DNA of 28,339 nucleotides from an uncultured Oscillospiraceae bacterium (lineage in GTDB: Bacteria > Bacillota > Clostridia > Saccharofermentanales > UBA5734), in NCBI GenBank assembly GCA_964427795.1, contig CAYRWC010000001.1:1-28339 (forward strand), read 5' to 3'. Position 1 is the first letter of the stretch. Every line of letters begins with the position of its first letter. Positions 1 to 7,923 of the stretch are shown piece after piece. The translations under genes and the position numbers were made by a program. The notes below the pieces were generated by a model. The model was not told where the DNA came from. It saw only the letters and a program-made list of their open reading frames with translations, and made no database searches.

Positions 1-675
1 GCCCTCGCGGTTTTCAATTTTGGCGATGATATGGATATCCTCGCCATGATAGCGTTCCAGTGTTTTGCGAATTTCCAGAATATCGGACTGCCGGTGAACA
101 AATGACGCCGCGATAAAATCAAAATCCTGCTCAATGGCGAAGCGGATATCCTCAATATCCTTGCCGGTTAAAGGCGGCAGGTTGATCTGGGCATCGGGCA
201 GATTGATGCTTTTGTGATCGGAGAGCACACCGCCGTTGCGGACTAGACATTGAACGTCCTTGCCGGTGATTGCCGTTACTTCCAACTCGATAAGGCCGTC
301 GTCGATCAGAATATGCGATCCGCGATGCAAATCCGTATGGATATTGGCGTAGGATACGGGGATCAGCTGATCGCCGCCCGGTTCTTCACCGGCTCTGACC
401 GTTACGTTGCTGCCTTCAAGCAGCCGGATTTGCCCTTTTTCAAAGATGCCGGTTCGGATTTCCGGCCCTTTGGTATCCAGTAATAAAGCTATCGGCAAAT
501 TCAATTCGCCGCGCAGCTGCTTAATCCGGTTGACGCGCGCCAAATGCTCGGCGTGGGTCCCATGCGAAAAGTTCAGACGGGCGACATTCATGCCATGGAT
601 CATCAGCTGGCGCAGGACATCATCCTGATCCACAGCCGGTCCCATGGTGCAGATAATTTTTGTTTTTCTAAGCAT
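1..675 (-). CDS. pyk: Pyruvate kinase, N-terminal part (runs off the left edge; missing from the ORF track)
   Basis: Reverse complement from ATG at 675 reads MLRKTKIICTMGPAVDQDDVLRQLMIHGMNVARLNFSHGTHAEH, the classic PK N-terminus (TKIICT-GP, ARLNFSHG). A purine-rich SD-like sequence (AAAGGTGG) lies upstream. Confidence 0.96.
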   Translation of the reverse strand, partial: MLRKTKIICTMGPAVDQDDVLRQLMIHGMNVARLNFSHGTHAEHLARVNRIKQLRGELNLPIALLLDTKGPEIRTGIFEKGQIRLLEGSNVTVRAGEEPGGDQLIPVSYANIHTDLHRGSHILIDDGLIELEVTAITGKDVQCLVRNGGVLSDHKSINLPDAQINLPPLTGKDIEDIRFAIEQDFDFIAASFVHRQSDILEIRKTLERYHGEDIHIIAKIENREG

Positions 676-722
676 ACCTGACCACCTTTTACTCGCTTTA
701 AGGCGTTTATGAGCTTAGCCGG

Positions 723-1211
723 TCAGATGATAATGCTGTGATCGTCCTGAAGTCCGGCCAAACGCAATTTACCCCCCAGGTAGGATAATACGGCCATGAT
801 GGCGAGACGCGTGGTAACCGTATTATTCTTTTGCAGGCTATTGATAAAAGAACGATCCTTATTATCCAGTTCAAGTTCTTGATCCAGGCATTGCAGAATA
901 GTTTCGATAAAGATGCCTTTTTCCTCGGACGAATATTTTTCACCGCCAAGCTCGCTATTGATTATTTTATGCATTTCATGCATATTACTCTGCTCGGCCA
1001 GCTGTTCGGCGGTGATGTTCTTCCCCAAATAAGTAAGCGTTTCTTTGGAAAACAGCCAGAACTGCGGCAATTGCTTAATCAACGACAGCATGACCTCATT
1101 TTCCATGTCCGGCATCATGGTGGTGAACCGGACGATCTTGTCATTCAACAGATTCCGCCAGGCATTGATCCCCAGAATCATTTTGATTTGGTTTTCCGAC
1201 TTGTATATCAT
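723..1211 (-). CDS. Hypothetical protein, 162 aa, predicted helical with a C-terminal hydrophobic segment
   Basis: GAGGAG SD upstream of ATG 1211 and an open frame. The N-terminus (LGINAWRNL..DKIVRF..MMPDM..EV....I.Q.P.F) resembles a family of uncharacterised bacterial proteins (from recall, not searched). Confidence 0.75.
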   Translation of the reverse strand: MIYKSENQIKMILGINAWRNLLNDKIVRFTTMMPDMENEVMLSLIKQLPQFWLFSKETLTYLGKNITAEQLAEQSNMHEMHKIINSELGGEKYSSEEKGIFIETILQCLDQELELDNKDRSFINSLQKNNTVTTRLAIMAVLSYLGGKLRLAGLQDDHSIII

Positions 1212-1365
1212 AGCTATCGCTCCTCATATCGTTATGCGAGTATTTTATCTCAAATCCGGGCCGGTAGCAATTTACATTCGTCATTAACATCGAAAGAACT
1301 GCCTATAACTGCCCGACCGCTCTCCGGCCGGAATGGGATAATCCTTTTTACAATTATTTTTGACA

Positions 1366-1394
1366 TTGCCATTATCTGAGCAGGCCGATATAAT
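1366..1394 (+). promoter_or_regulatory. SigA-type promoter TTGCCA-17-TATAAT
   Basis: -35 TTGCCA at 1366-1371, -10 TATAAT at 1389-1394, 17-nt spacer. Confidence 0.6.
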
Positions 1395-1441
1395 AAACAC
1401 GAAGCCGCGACTTCCAATTCTTCTGAAAGGGGGCGATTGTT

Positions 1442-1477
1442 TTGGCAAAAATTGATTATGAGGTGGGTAACACCTGA
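1442..1477 (+). CDS. Putative 11-aa leader peptide MAKIDYEVGNT
   Basis: SD GAAAGGGGG at 1425-1433, TTG at 1442, TGA at 1475-1477, just downstream of the promoter. Confidence 0.3.
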   Translation: MAKIDYEVGNT

Positions 1478-1646
1478 ATCAACCGATGAGCGGGCCTGAA
1501 TTCGATTAAACTTGATTCTTATATAGCCCAACCGACATCAGATTACTGGTGATATAAGAATTTAGGGAGATCGGATTCAAGTCCGCCATCCTTGTCGTAA
1601 ACCCTCTGTATTCTGTTGCTTCCATAATCCTTGAAGCAATAGCGTT

Positions 1647-1675
1647 AACACCGTGGGTAAGCCGACGGTGTTTTT
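1647..1675 (+). terminator. Terminator-like hairpin directly upstream of the CD3324-family gene
   Basis: AACACCGT (1647-1654) / ACGGTGTT (1665-1672) 8-bp stem running into TTTTT. Confidence 0.5.
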
Positions 1676-1703
1676 GTATAACCAGAAGAAATTGGAGATG
1701 GAA

Positions 1704-2012
1704 ATGGATTATACGAATGCAAGCCATGTATTACCGGAAGAATTGATCCGGGCTATTCAACAATATGTTGACGGCGGTTTGGTCTATATACCCCGACGAG
1801 CCGACAATCGTCTGCGCTGGGGATCAAACAGCGGCAGCCGGGAGGCTTTGTCACGCAGAAATCAAATTATGAATCAGGACTACCATAAAGGGCAGACCAT
1901 AACCGATTTGGCCGATAAATACCATCTATCGGAAGATAGTGTCCGGAGAATTATCGCGACCGGATCGAGACGTTCAGCACAGTCAATAAAACCAACAGAA
2001 CAGACGCGATAA
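1704..2012 (+). CDS. CD3324-family (Mor-like HTH) small protein
   Basis: GGAG SD at 1694-1697, ATG 1704. Sequence MDYTNASHVLPEELIRAIQQYVDGGLVYIPR..WGSNSG..RN...LADKYHLSEDSVRRII matches the family pattern I recall. Confidence 0.85.
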   Translation: MDYTNASHVLPEELIRAIQQYVDGGLVYIPRRADNRLRWGSNSGSREALSRRNQIMNQDYHKGQTITDLADKYHLSEDSVRRIIATGSRRSAQSIKPTEQTR

Positions 2013-3105
2013 AGAGCGCCCAGAGACCGGCGACGATGCCGCTGCTGTTGGCAAATATTCCGGCAATCAGCGGCATGACGGTCGCACCTAATCCGCCTAA
2101 CGACATCATCAAGCCGCTGGCAACGCTGGATTCGGCTACCAACGGTCCGGCGTTGGTTACGACCATGCCGTAAACGCCGGACATAGACAGACCCAGGAGA
2201 ACAACGGCTATGATGAGCAGAGCGGGATGGCTGGACACGATCAACAAAAGAGCCGCGATGCTGATGCCGATTGCTTCGACCATGAGAAAAGGCGCTTTTT
2301 TAAGTTTGCTTCCGTATAAAAAGATCGAGATACGGCCGACGATAATGGCAATCCAAAGGCATGAAAGCATGGATTGAGCCAATGAAGGCGCAAAGCTCCG
2401 CCAGGTGGACAGATAGGTTACCAGCCAGCCGCTGAAGCCGGTTTCGACGCCGACATAAGTGAAAAGCATCACCATATACAGGTAAAGCCGCCATTCTTTG
2501 AGAAACTTCAATGACACCGGCTTTTTCTGTCCCGTTGGCCGGGATGATTCCTGAATCGGCATGAACAAAGTAACAAAGAAGAGAATGAAAGCCATCAAGG
2601 CGACTAAAGCAGCCGGCCACTGCCAGCTGATATTCAAACGGACGGACAGCGCGACTAATAATGGAGCTATGAAAGCGCCGATCGAGAAACACGTATGAAC
2701 CAAACTGATTTTACTGCTGTCGCCGTTTGTCGCCCGGACGACCAAAAAATTGATCATATTATTGGAACTGCCCCAGGCTAACCCGGTAATAAACAAAACG
2801 CAGTAAAGCAAAGGAAGAGGCGGCGTCAAAGCTATACCGGCAAAACCCAGACAAAAACCGGCTGCCGTGATCAACAGGGTTTTCTTTCTGCCGATCCAGA
2901 CCGAAAGCGGACCGCTGAGAAAATTCGATAAAAGACTGCCGACAGCTTGAATGGAAAGCAATACACCACCTTCATCATAACTAAGCTGATAATCGCGCAT
3001 CAGATAGACGAGCAGGGAACTGGTCATCAGCACCATAGCGCCATTAACCAGAAAAAAATACATGCAACCGAGTAAAAATCTTTTGTTGACCGGACTTTGA
3101 GTCAT
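1951..3105 (-). CDS. MFS transporter (12 TM, FucP/GlcP/TsgA-like sugar or solute permease)
   Basis: About 12 hydrophobic segments, motif-A-like G.LS.WIGRKK, and FLY.G.E.GF.GWL in the C-terminal half; SD GGAGG. Confidence 0.9.
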   Translation of the reverse strand: MTQSPVNKRFLLGCMYFFLVNGAMVLMTSSLLVYLMRDYQLSYDEGGVLLSIQAVGSLLSNFLSGPLSVWIGRKKTLLITAAGFCLGFAGIALTPPLPLLYCVLFITGLAWGSSNNMINFLVVRATNGDSSKISLVHTCFSIGAFIAPLLVALSVRLNISWQWPAALVALMAFILFFVTLFMPIQESSRPTGQKKPVSLKFLKEWRLYLYMVMLFTYVGVETGFSGWLVTYLSTWRSFAPSLAQSMLSCLWIAIIVGRISIFLYGSKLKKAPFLMVEAIGISIAALLLIVSSHPALLIIAVVLLGLSMSGVYGMVVTNAGPLVAESSVASGLMMSLGGLGATVMPLIAGIFANSSGIVAGLWALFIASVLLVLLTVLNVSIRSR

Positions 3106-3139
3106 ATGCTGCCTCCAGGATGATGAACTGAACTGTGCC

Positions 3140-3148
3140 AGTATAGCA
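3140..3148 (-). promoter_or_regulatory. Extended -10 promoter (TGcTATACT) for the MFS gene
   Basis: Reverse complement of 3140-3148 is TGCTATACT, about 35 nt upstream of the MFS start. Confidence 0.4.
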
Positions 3149-3167
3149 TATATTTTCTGCTTTTTTC

Positions 3168-3196
3168 TTGTCAGAACGGGAAAATTCCTTGATAAT
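3168..3196 (+). promoter_or_regulatory. SigA-type promoter TTGTCA-17-GATAAT for hflKC
   Basis: -35 at 3168-3173, -10 at 3191-3196. Confidence 0.5.
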
Positions 3197-3255
3197 GGTC
3201 CTGATACCTGAATGAACGTCTTGTCCGGACGGCAATTCAGATGAAGGAGGTAATC

Positions 3256-4242
3256 ATGAAAAAAGAAACGATTCGGTTAATCCGCCTGATCGGCTTGGTT
3301 GTAGTAGTCATTTTGCTTATTCTGATCGGCAAAAGCAGTGTTTTTACCGTTAAGGAAAGCGAACAGGCTGTCATAACGACCTTCGGCAAGTACACCAAAA
3401 CCGTTGAAGCCGGACTGCACGGCAAATTGCCCTGGCCGATTCAATCGGCAATCGTTCTCCCGGTCAATTTAACACAAAAAATCGAATTGGGTTACGGCAG
3501 TTCCTCGGATGGATCGTATTACAGCATACCGGAAGAGAGCATGATGATAACCGGCGATATGAATATCGTCAATATCGATTTCTTTGTCGAATGGAAAATC
3601 AGCGATCCGTTTAAATACCTGTATGCGACAGAAGATCCCAACGCTGTCTTAAAAAACATGATTCAAAGCACAGTCCGCTCTGTTGTCGGGACGAAAAGCA
3701 TTGATGACGTTCTGACAACTGGAAAAATCCAAATCCAAGCCGATGTCAAAGAGATGCTAAAAGAGCGCTTGAGCGAACAGGATATCGGTTTAATGCTGGT
3801 CGATGTCAAAGTCAACGATTCCGAGCCGCCGACAGAGGATGTCGCCAAAGCTTTCCGGGATGTTGAAACAGCCAAGCAGCAGAAAGCAACCGCTCTCAAT
3901 CAGGCTATGGAATATAAGAACAGTAAAATCCCGCAGGCGAATGCGGAAGCTGATAAAATCATCAAAGACGCGGAAGCGGAAAAACAAAGTAAGATCAACG
4001 AAGCTGTCGGCGAACGGGACCGGTTTTTATCCATGTATAACGAGTATGTCAGCTTCCCGGAAATAACGCGGGAGCGCATGTATTTGGAAACACTGGAGAA
4101 AATCCTGCCGGGCATCCAGGTTTATCTGGACGACGGAACAGGCGTGCAGAAGCTGCTGCCTTTGGAGCCTCTGACTCAAAGCAGCACCGCGGCAGCACAG
4201 CCGACAGACGCATCATCCGCTGATGATGCCGCCGGAAATTGA
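3256..4242 (+). CDS. hflK: FtsH protease modulator HflK (SPFH/band 7)
   Basis: AAGGAGG SD, N-terminal TM, TTFGKY..TV.AGLH.K.PWPI, MITGDMNIV, PP.EDV.KAFRDV..A, PEITRERMYLETLEKIL; paired with hflC. Confidence 0.93.
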   Translation: MKKETIRLIRLIGLVVVVILLILIGKSSVFTVKESEQAVITTFGKYTKTVEAGLHGKLPWPIQSAIVLPVNLTQKIELGYGSSSDGSYYSIPEESMMITGDMNIVNIDFFVEWKISDPFKYLYATEDPNAVLKNMIQSTVRSVVGTKSIDDVLTTGKIQIQADVKEMLKERLSEQDIGLMLVDVKVNDSEPPTEDVAKAFRDVETAKQQKATALNQAMEYKNSKIPQANAEADKIIKDAEAEKQSKINEAVGERDRFLSMYNEYVSFPEITRERMYLETLEKILPGIQVYLDDGTGVQKLLPLEPLTQSSTAAAQPTDASSADDAAGN

Positions 4243-4259
4243 ACAAGGAGGGCAACACG

Positions 4260-5129
4260 ATGAAAAAGTGGATTATCACAGCGGCTGTCGCTTTACTGGT
4301 TGTCATTTTGCTCAGCACCTCCCTTTATACGGTCCATGAAGGCGAGTATGTCTATCTGACTCAATTCGGTGCCATCCAAAATATCAAGACCGATGCAGGG
4401 CTGCATATTAAAGTTCCGTTTATCCAGGATGTCAACCATCTGACAAAAAAGCAGATGATTTATGATGTCAAACCGTCGGAAGTTTTAACGGCCGATAAAA
4501 AGGCCATGATCGTCGATAGTTATTCAATTTGGCAGATCAGCGACGTGACGACCTTTATCCGGACGGTCAACAATGTGCCGGAAATGCAAAAGCGCATTGA
4601 TGCCAGCGCGTACAGCGTCATAAAAAATGTAATGGGGCAGATGCAGCAAAGCGATATCATTGCAGACGGCTCAGACAGTAGAACTTCTTTGAATAAACAG
4701 ATAACCGAGCAGGTCGCGGCAAATTTGAAAGATTATGGTGTGGCGATCGTCACCGTTGAAATCAAGCGTTTCGATCTGCCTGAAGACAACACCACAGCCG
4801 TTTATGACCGGATGATTTCCGAACGTTCACAGATGGCCGCTTCCTACAAAGCGGACGGCGATTACGAGGCAGCAAAAATCCGCAATGAAACCGATAAGGA
4901 AGTCAACATTATACTCGGCGAAGCCCAGGCGCAAGCCAGCAAGCTGCAGGGCGAAGGTGAAGAAGAGTATATGAAGACGCTGAAAGAATTGTATAATGAT
5001 CCTCAGAAAGCAGATTTCTATCTTTTTGTCCGTGAACTGGAAGCTCTGGAAAAATCCCTGCAAGGCAAAAAAACGGTGATTTTGGGCGCCGATTCGCCTA
5101 TAGCGAAAATTTTAAATCAGATCGATTGA
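4260..5129 (+). CDS. hflC: FtsH protease modulator HflC
   Basis: AAGGAGG SD; TQFG, GLHIKVPFIQ, VLTADKK.MIVD, IKRFDLP, VYDRMISER, P..ADFY.F.R.LEA. Confidence 0.93.
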   Translation: MKKWIITAAVALLVVILLSTSLYTVHEGEYVYLTQFGAIQNIKTDAGLHIKVPFIQDVNHLTKKQMIYDVKPSEVLTADKKAMIVDSYSIWQISDVTTFIRTVNNVPEMQKRIDASAYSVIKNVMGQMQQSDIIADGSDSRTSLNKQITEQVAANLKDYGVAIVTVEIKRFDLPEDNTTAVYDRMISERSQMAASYKADGDYEAAKIRNETDKEVNIILGEAQAQASKLQGEGEEEYMKTLKELYNDPQKADFYLFVRELEALEKSLQGKKTVILGADSPIAKILNQID

Positions 5130-5130
5130 G

Positions 5131-5856
5131 TTACGGATGCTCATCGCCTGCGGGAGGCGCGGCCGGGTAAAAATAGGCGGCCGCCCCGCCCAGACGGGAT
5201 GTTTGATACCAGAGCCCCAGATTGATCAGTTTACGTTCGCCGCTGTCAGATACGTCGCTCCAGATAGTTTGATCGGCATATTCGTAAAGGGCGACCAGCG
5301 TGATCCAGTGCCAGCTGTCCAGATTCTCCAATCTTCCATTGGAGAGATTGAGAAAAGCTACCGGACTGTCCATATTCAAACCTTCGGCAATGAATTGGAC
5401 AAAGGATGCTAACGGTTTACGATGATTCATCTGTCCGGGCACGGGAAAAACCGCCGATTCAAGGGCAATCGCGTAGGAATCGGCAAATCGGGTAACCCCA
5501 CTGGTCAGCATGGACGCTTCATTAACCCCCATGCGGCCTGGTGTTACATAGTGCCAGATCTTTTCCATAAATAATGTGAAATTGACCTGGTCATGATTTT
5601 GCTCGATAAGCGGGTAGAGCGGCCGGTAAAACGGTTGGCTGCGAGCTAAATAGAGCAGCATTGTCGCCGAGGTGCAAGGCCCGCATCCGGCCTGACGCTG
5701 CCAGGCTTCGCTGTACCAGTCCTGATCGCAGCCAAAGGATGAAGCGTCATCGGATTGACGCATAGGAATATTCATCAGTTCGGGTTGTGATAAGCCGGCA
5801 AGACAATGGGCTTTTTCCGGATCAAGCCCGGAACCCGGCCAAGGATTTTGCTTCAC
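5131..5856 (-). CDS. Putative papain-fold (C39-like) cysteine peptidase
   Basis: GAGGTG SD before GTG 5856 (the ORF track start at 5904 is probably too long). Motifs CDQDWY...Q.AGCGPCT (catalytic Cys) and HWITLV (His). Confidence 0.6.
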   Translation of the reverse strand: MKQNPWPGSGLDPEKAHCLAGLSQPELMNIPMRQSDDASSFGCDQDWYSEAWQRQAGCGPCTSATMLLYLARSQPFYRPLYPLIEQNHDQVNFTLFMEKIWHYVTPGRMGVNEASMLTSGVTRFADSYAIALESAVFPVPGQMNHRKPLASFVQFIAEGLNMDSPVAFLNLSNGRLENLDSWHWITLVALYEYADQTIWSDVSDSGERKLINLGLWYQTSRLGGAAAYFYPAAPPAGDEHP

Positions 5857-5911
5857 GTTTCTCACCTCAGAAAACAGTATATCATGTCCGCTGAACGGAG
5901 GCATGGCTATA

Positions 5912-5983
5912 ATGGAAATGACAATGATGCAGGTTATGGATAACCGCGGTACGGTGGAAAACCGGCTGTCGGTCTTCCTATAA
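5912..5983 (+). CDS. Putative Met-rich small ORF MEMTMMQVMDNRGTVENRLSVFL
   Basis: GGAGG at 5897-5901, ATG 5912, TAA 5981-5983, ending 4 nt before the thpR ATG. Confidence 0.3.
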   Translation: MEMTMMQVMDNRGTVENRLSVFL

Positions 5984-5987
5984 AGTA

Positions 5988-6536
5988 ATGCGCTTGTTTT
6001 ATGCCATTGAACTGGATGAATCGACCCGGTCTGCTATCGGACAGGCCAGAATGTCACTGCTGGAAAGGGCACGGGCGGGTAAATGGACAAGACCGGCTAA
6101 TTATCATCTGACTCTGCAGTTTCTCGGAGAATGTGATCCCGGTCAACTTCCTATTTTGCACGATATTCTATACCGTACAGCCGCGCTTCAGCAGCCGTTC
6201 TGGCTGACGTTTCAGAAATGGGGCGCATTTGGCAGGCATCAGGAAATTGTCTGGCTGGGTGTGAATCATGAACCGGCTCTTGATTTTTTATATGGCAATT
6301 TAAATAGAATGCTGCGGGAAAATGGTTGTCCTCATGAAGACCGGCCTTACTACCCGCACATGACTTTGGGCCGTCAGGTCCGTTTGGCAGACGACACTTT
6401 AAAAAATCTGCCGGATTTTTCTGTCCGTATGTTGGCTGATCATCTGGCTTTAATGGAAAGCACCCGCTTGGATGGCCAACTGGTTTATCGGGCTCTATAT
6501 CGTGAACCATTAAACATGACAATACATAACAAATAA
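5988..6536 (+). CDS. thpR: RNA 2',3'-cyclic phosphodiesterase (2H phosphoesterase, LigT-like)
   Basis: MRLFYAI start and two HxT motifs (YHLTLQFLG, YYPHMTLGR). Confidence 0.93.
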   Translation: MRLFYAIELDESTRSAIGQARMSLLERARAGKWTRPANYHLTLQFLGECDPGQLPILHDILYRTAALQQPFWLTFQKWGAFGRHQEIVWLGVNHEPALDFLYGNLNRMLRENGCPHEDRPYYPHMTLGRQVRLADDTLKNLPDFSVRMLADHLALMESTRLDGQLVYRALYREPLNMTIHNK

Positions 6537-6541
6537 AAAAC

Positions 6542-6570
6542 TGGACATGGCGCCAGACCTGTGATATAAG
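6542..6570 (+). promoter_or_regulatory. SigA promoter TGGACA-17-(TGa)TATAAG for the GntR operon
   Basis: -35 at 6542-6547, extended -10 TG at 6562-6563, TATAAG at 6565-6570. Confidence 0.5.
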
Positions 6571-6709
6571 AAAGGCAGAGTTGGTTATGCTTTTCTTGTT
6601 TGCATTATCTATTAAATGTCATGACAAAGCGGACATGATGCATACGAAAAGCTAAAACAAGCCTTTCACCACATTTTGCCGATTTCGGCAATTAAGAAGA
6701 GGCGCCAAG

Positions 6710-7858
6710 ATGATCATCGACCGCCAATCCTCGATTCCTATATATCAGCAAATCCAGCATATTCTGGAGCAAGCGGTCTTATCCGGTGAATATCAGGCCG
6801 GCAGTCTGCTGCCGACCGAAGCCGCCTTATGCGGGCAATACGGCATCAGCCGTTATCCGCTTCGTCAGGCTATGGCCAATTTAGTGCGGGCCGGTCTTTT
6901 AGAACGGACACGCGGTAAAGGTACATATGTACGGACAAATAAGCCGAATGAACAATCCACGCAAGCAGAACAACAGCAGAACCAGACAGAAACCAAGTCG
7001 GTAACTGGCGGCAAACCGTTGATTGCTTTGGTCATACCAGGATTACACGGCGATTATCCTCGGGATATAGCCAGCGGATTTTTGCAATCGGCTGCCGCTC
7101 AGGACTTTGCTGCTATCGTTGCAGTCAGCCGCGATAAGGATGAAGAAATCAACTGTTTGGAACGATGTGTCCGGGCCGGTGTCGCCGGCTTGGCCATATT
7201 CCCGCACGATGGGCATGTTGGCGGCATATTAGCCGGCTTTCAGGCGAAAGGCGTATATATCGCTTTGATCGACCGCAGTATTGAGCTGCCGCGGTTTGAT
7301 TTAATTGCGTCGGACAATATCGGCGGCGGTTTTATGGCCGCCCGCCATTTGCATCAGTGCGGTTTTACAAAAGCTGCTTTCATTTCCGACAGCTGGCCGG
7401 TTTCATCGGTTCAGGAACGCTTGCAGGGATTTCGCCGCGGCATGGAGCAGTACGGGCTCAGCTGGCTGAATCCGCTGCCTGCCGGTTGCGAACCGGCGGT
7501 GGATCAGGTCTTTTCATCGGCGCTGTTCATGGAGTATCTGGATTATTGCCGGAATCAGCAGCCTTGGGGGCTTTTTTGTGAGAATGACGGACTGGCGATA
7601 AAAATGATGACTCTGTTGAAAGAACGTAATTTTATCATCGGCAAAGATGTCGGTATCATCGGCTTCGATAATGATTCAGCCGGACGTTACAGTGTCCCGG
7701 GTTTGACGACGATATCCCAAAACGGCTGGCTGATCGGCGACGCCGCCGCCCGGGCGGTCATCGGCCATATAACCGGCGAAGACAGCCCTTTCAGCCGTCA
7801 TATTTTACCGACACAGATAATCATCCGTCAATCATGCGGCGAAAGCGGCATGATTTAG
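6710..7858 (+). CDS. GntR wHTH plus LacI-type sugar-binding domain regulator (AraR-like architecture)
   Basis: N-terminal PIYQQI..LPTE..L..QYGISR..LRQA..LV..G.LER.RGKGT; C-terminal DNIGGG..AA.HL, ND.LA, IIGFDN, LTTI.Q. Confidence 0.93.
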   Translation: MIIDRQSSIPIYQQIQHILEQAVLSGEYQAGSLLPTEAALCGQYGISRYPLRQAMANLVRAGLLERTRGKGTYVRTNKPNEQSTQAEQQQNQTETKSVTGGKPLIALVIPGLHGDYPRDIASGFLQSAAAQDFAAIVAVSRDKDEEINCLERCVRAGVAGLAIFPHDGHVGGILAGFQAKGVYIALIDRSIELPRFDLIASDNIGGGFMAARHLHQCGFTKAAFISDSWPVSSVQERLQGFRRGMEQYGLSWLNPLPAGCEPAVDQVFSSALFMEYLDYCRNQQPWGLFCENDGLAIKMMTLLKERNFIIGKDVGIIGFDNDSAGRYSVPGLTTISQNGWLIGDAAARAVIGHITGEDSPFSRHILPTQIIIRQSCGESGMI

Positions 7859-7923
7859 TGTTAAACTGCGTGATTTTTTTACATCACGGTCAATCAGGAA
7901 CAGAGGAAAGAAAGGATGATGAT

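Noticed and set aside
1360-1394. Perfect TTGACA with TATAAT
   Set aside because: The 23-nt spacer is too long; TTGCCA at 17 nt was used instead.
1572-1585. CGGA-TTCAAG-TCCG resembling a tRNA T-arm
   Set aside because: The stem/loop register is wrong for a T-arm, and no acceptor, D or anticodon arms or CCA are present.
1250-1727. Minus-strand ORFs 1250-1531 and 1506-1727
   Set aside because: No SD or recognisable motifs, and they overlap plus-strand promoter and leader elements.
3256-5129. hflKC without adjacent hflX or ftsH
   Set aside because: A stand-alone hflKC pair is an ordinary arrangement.
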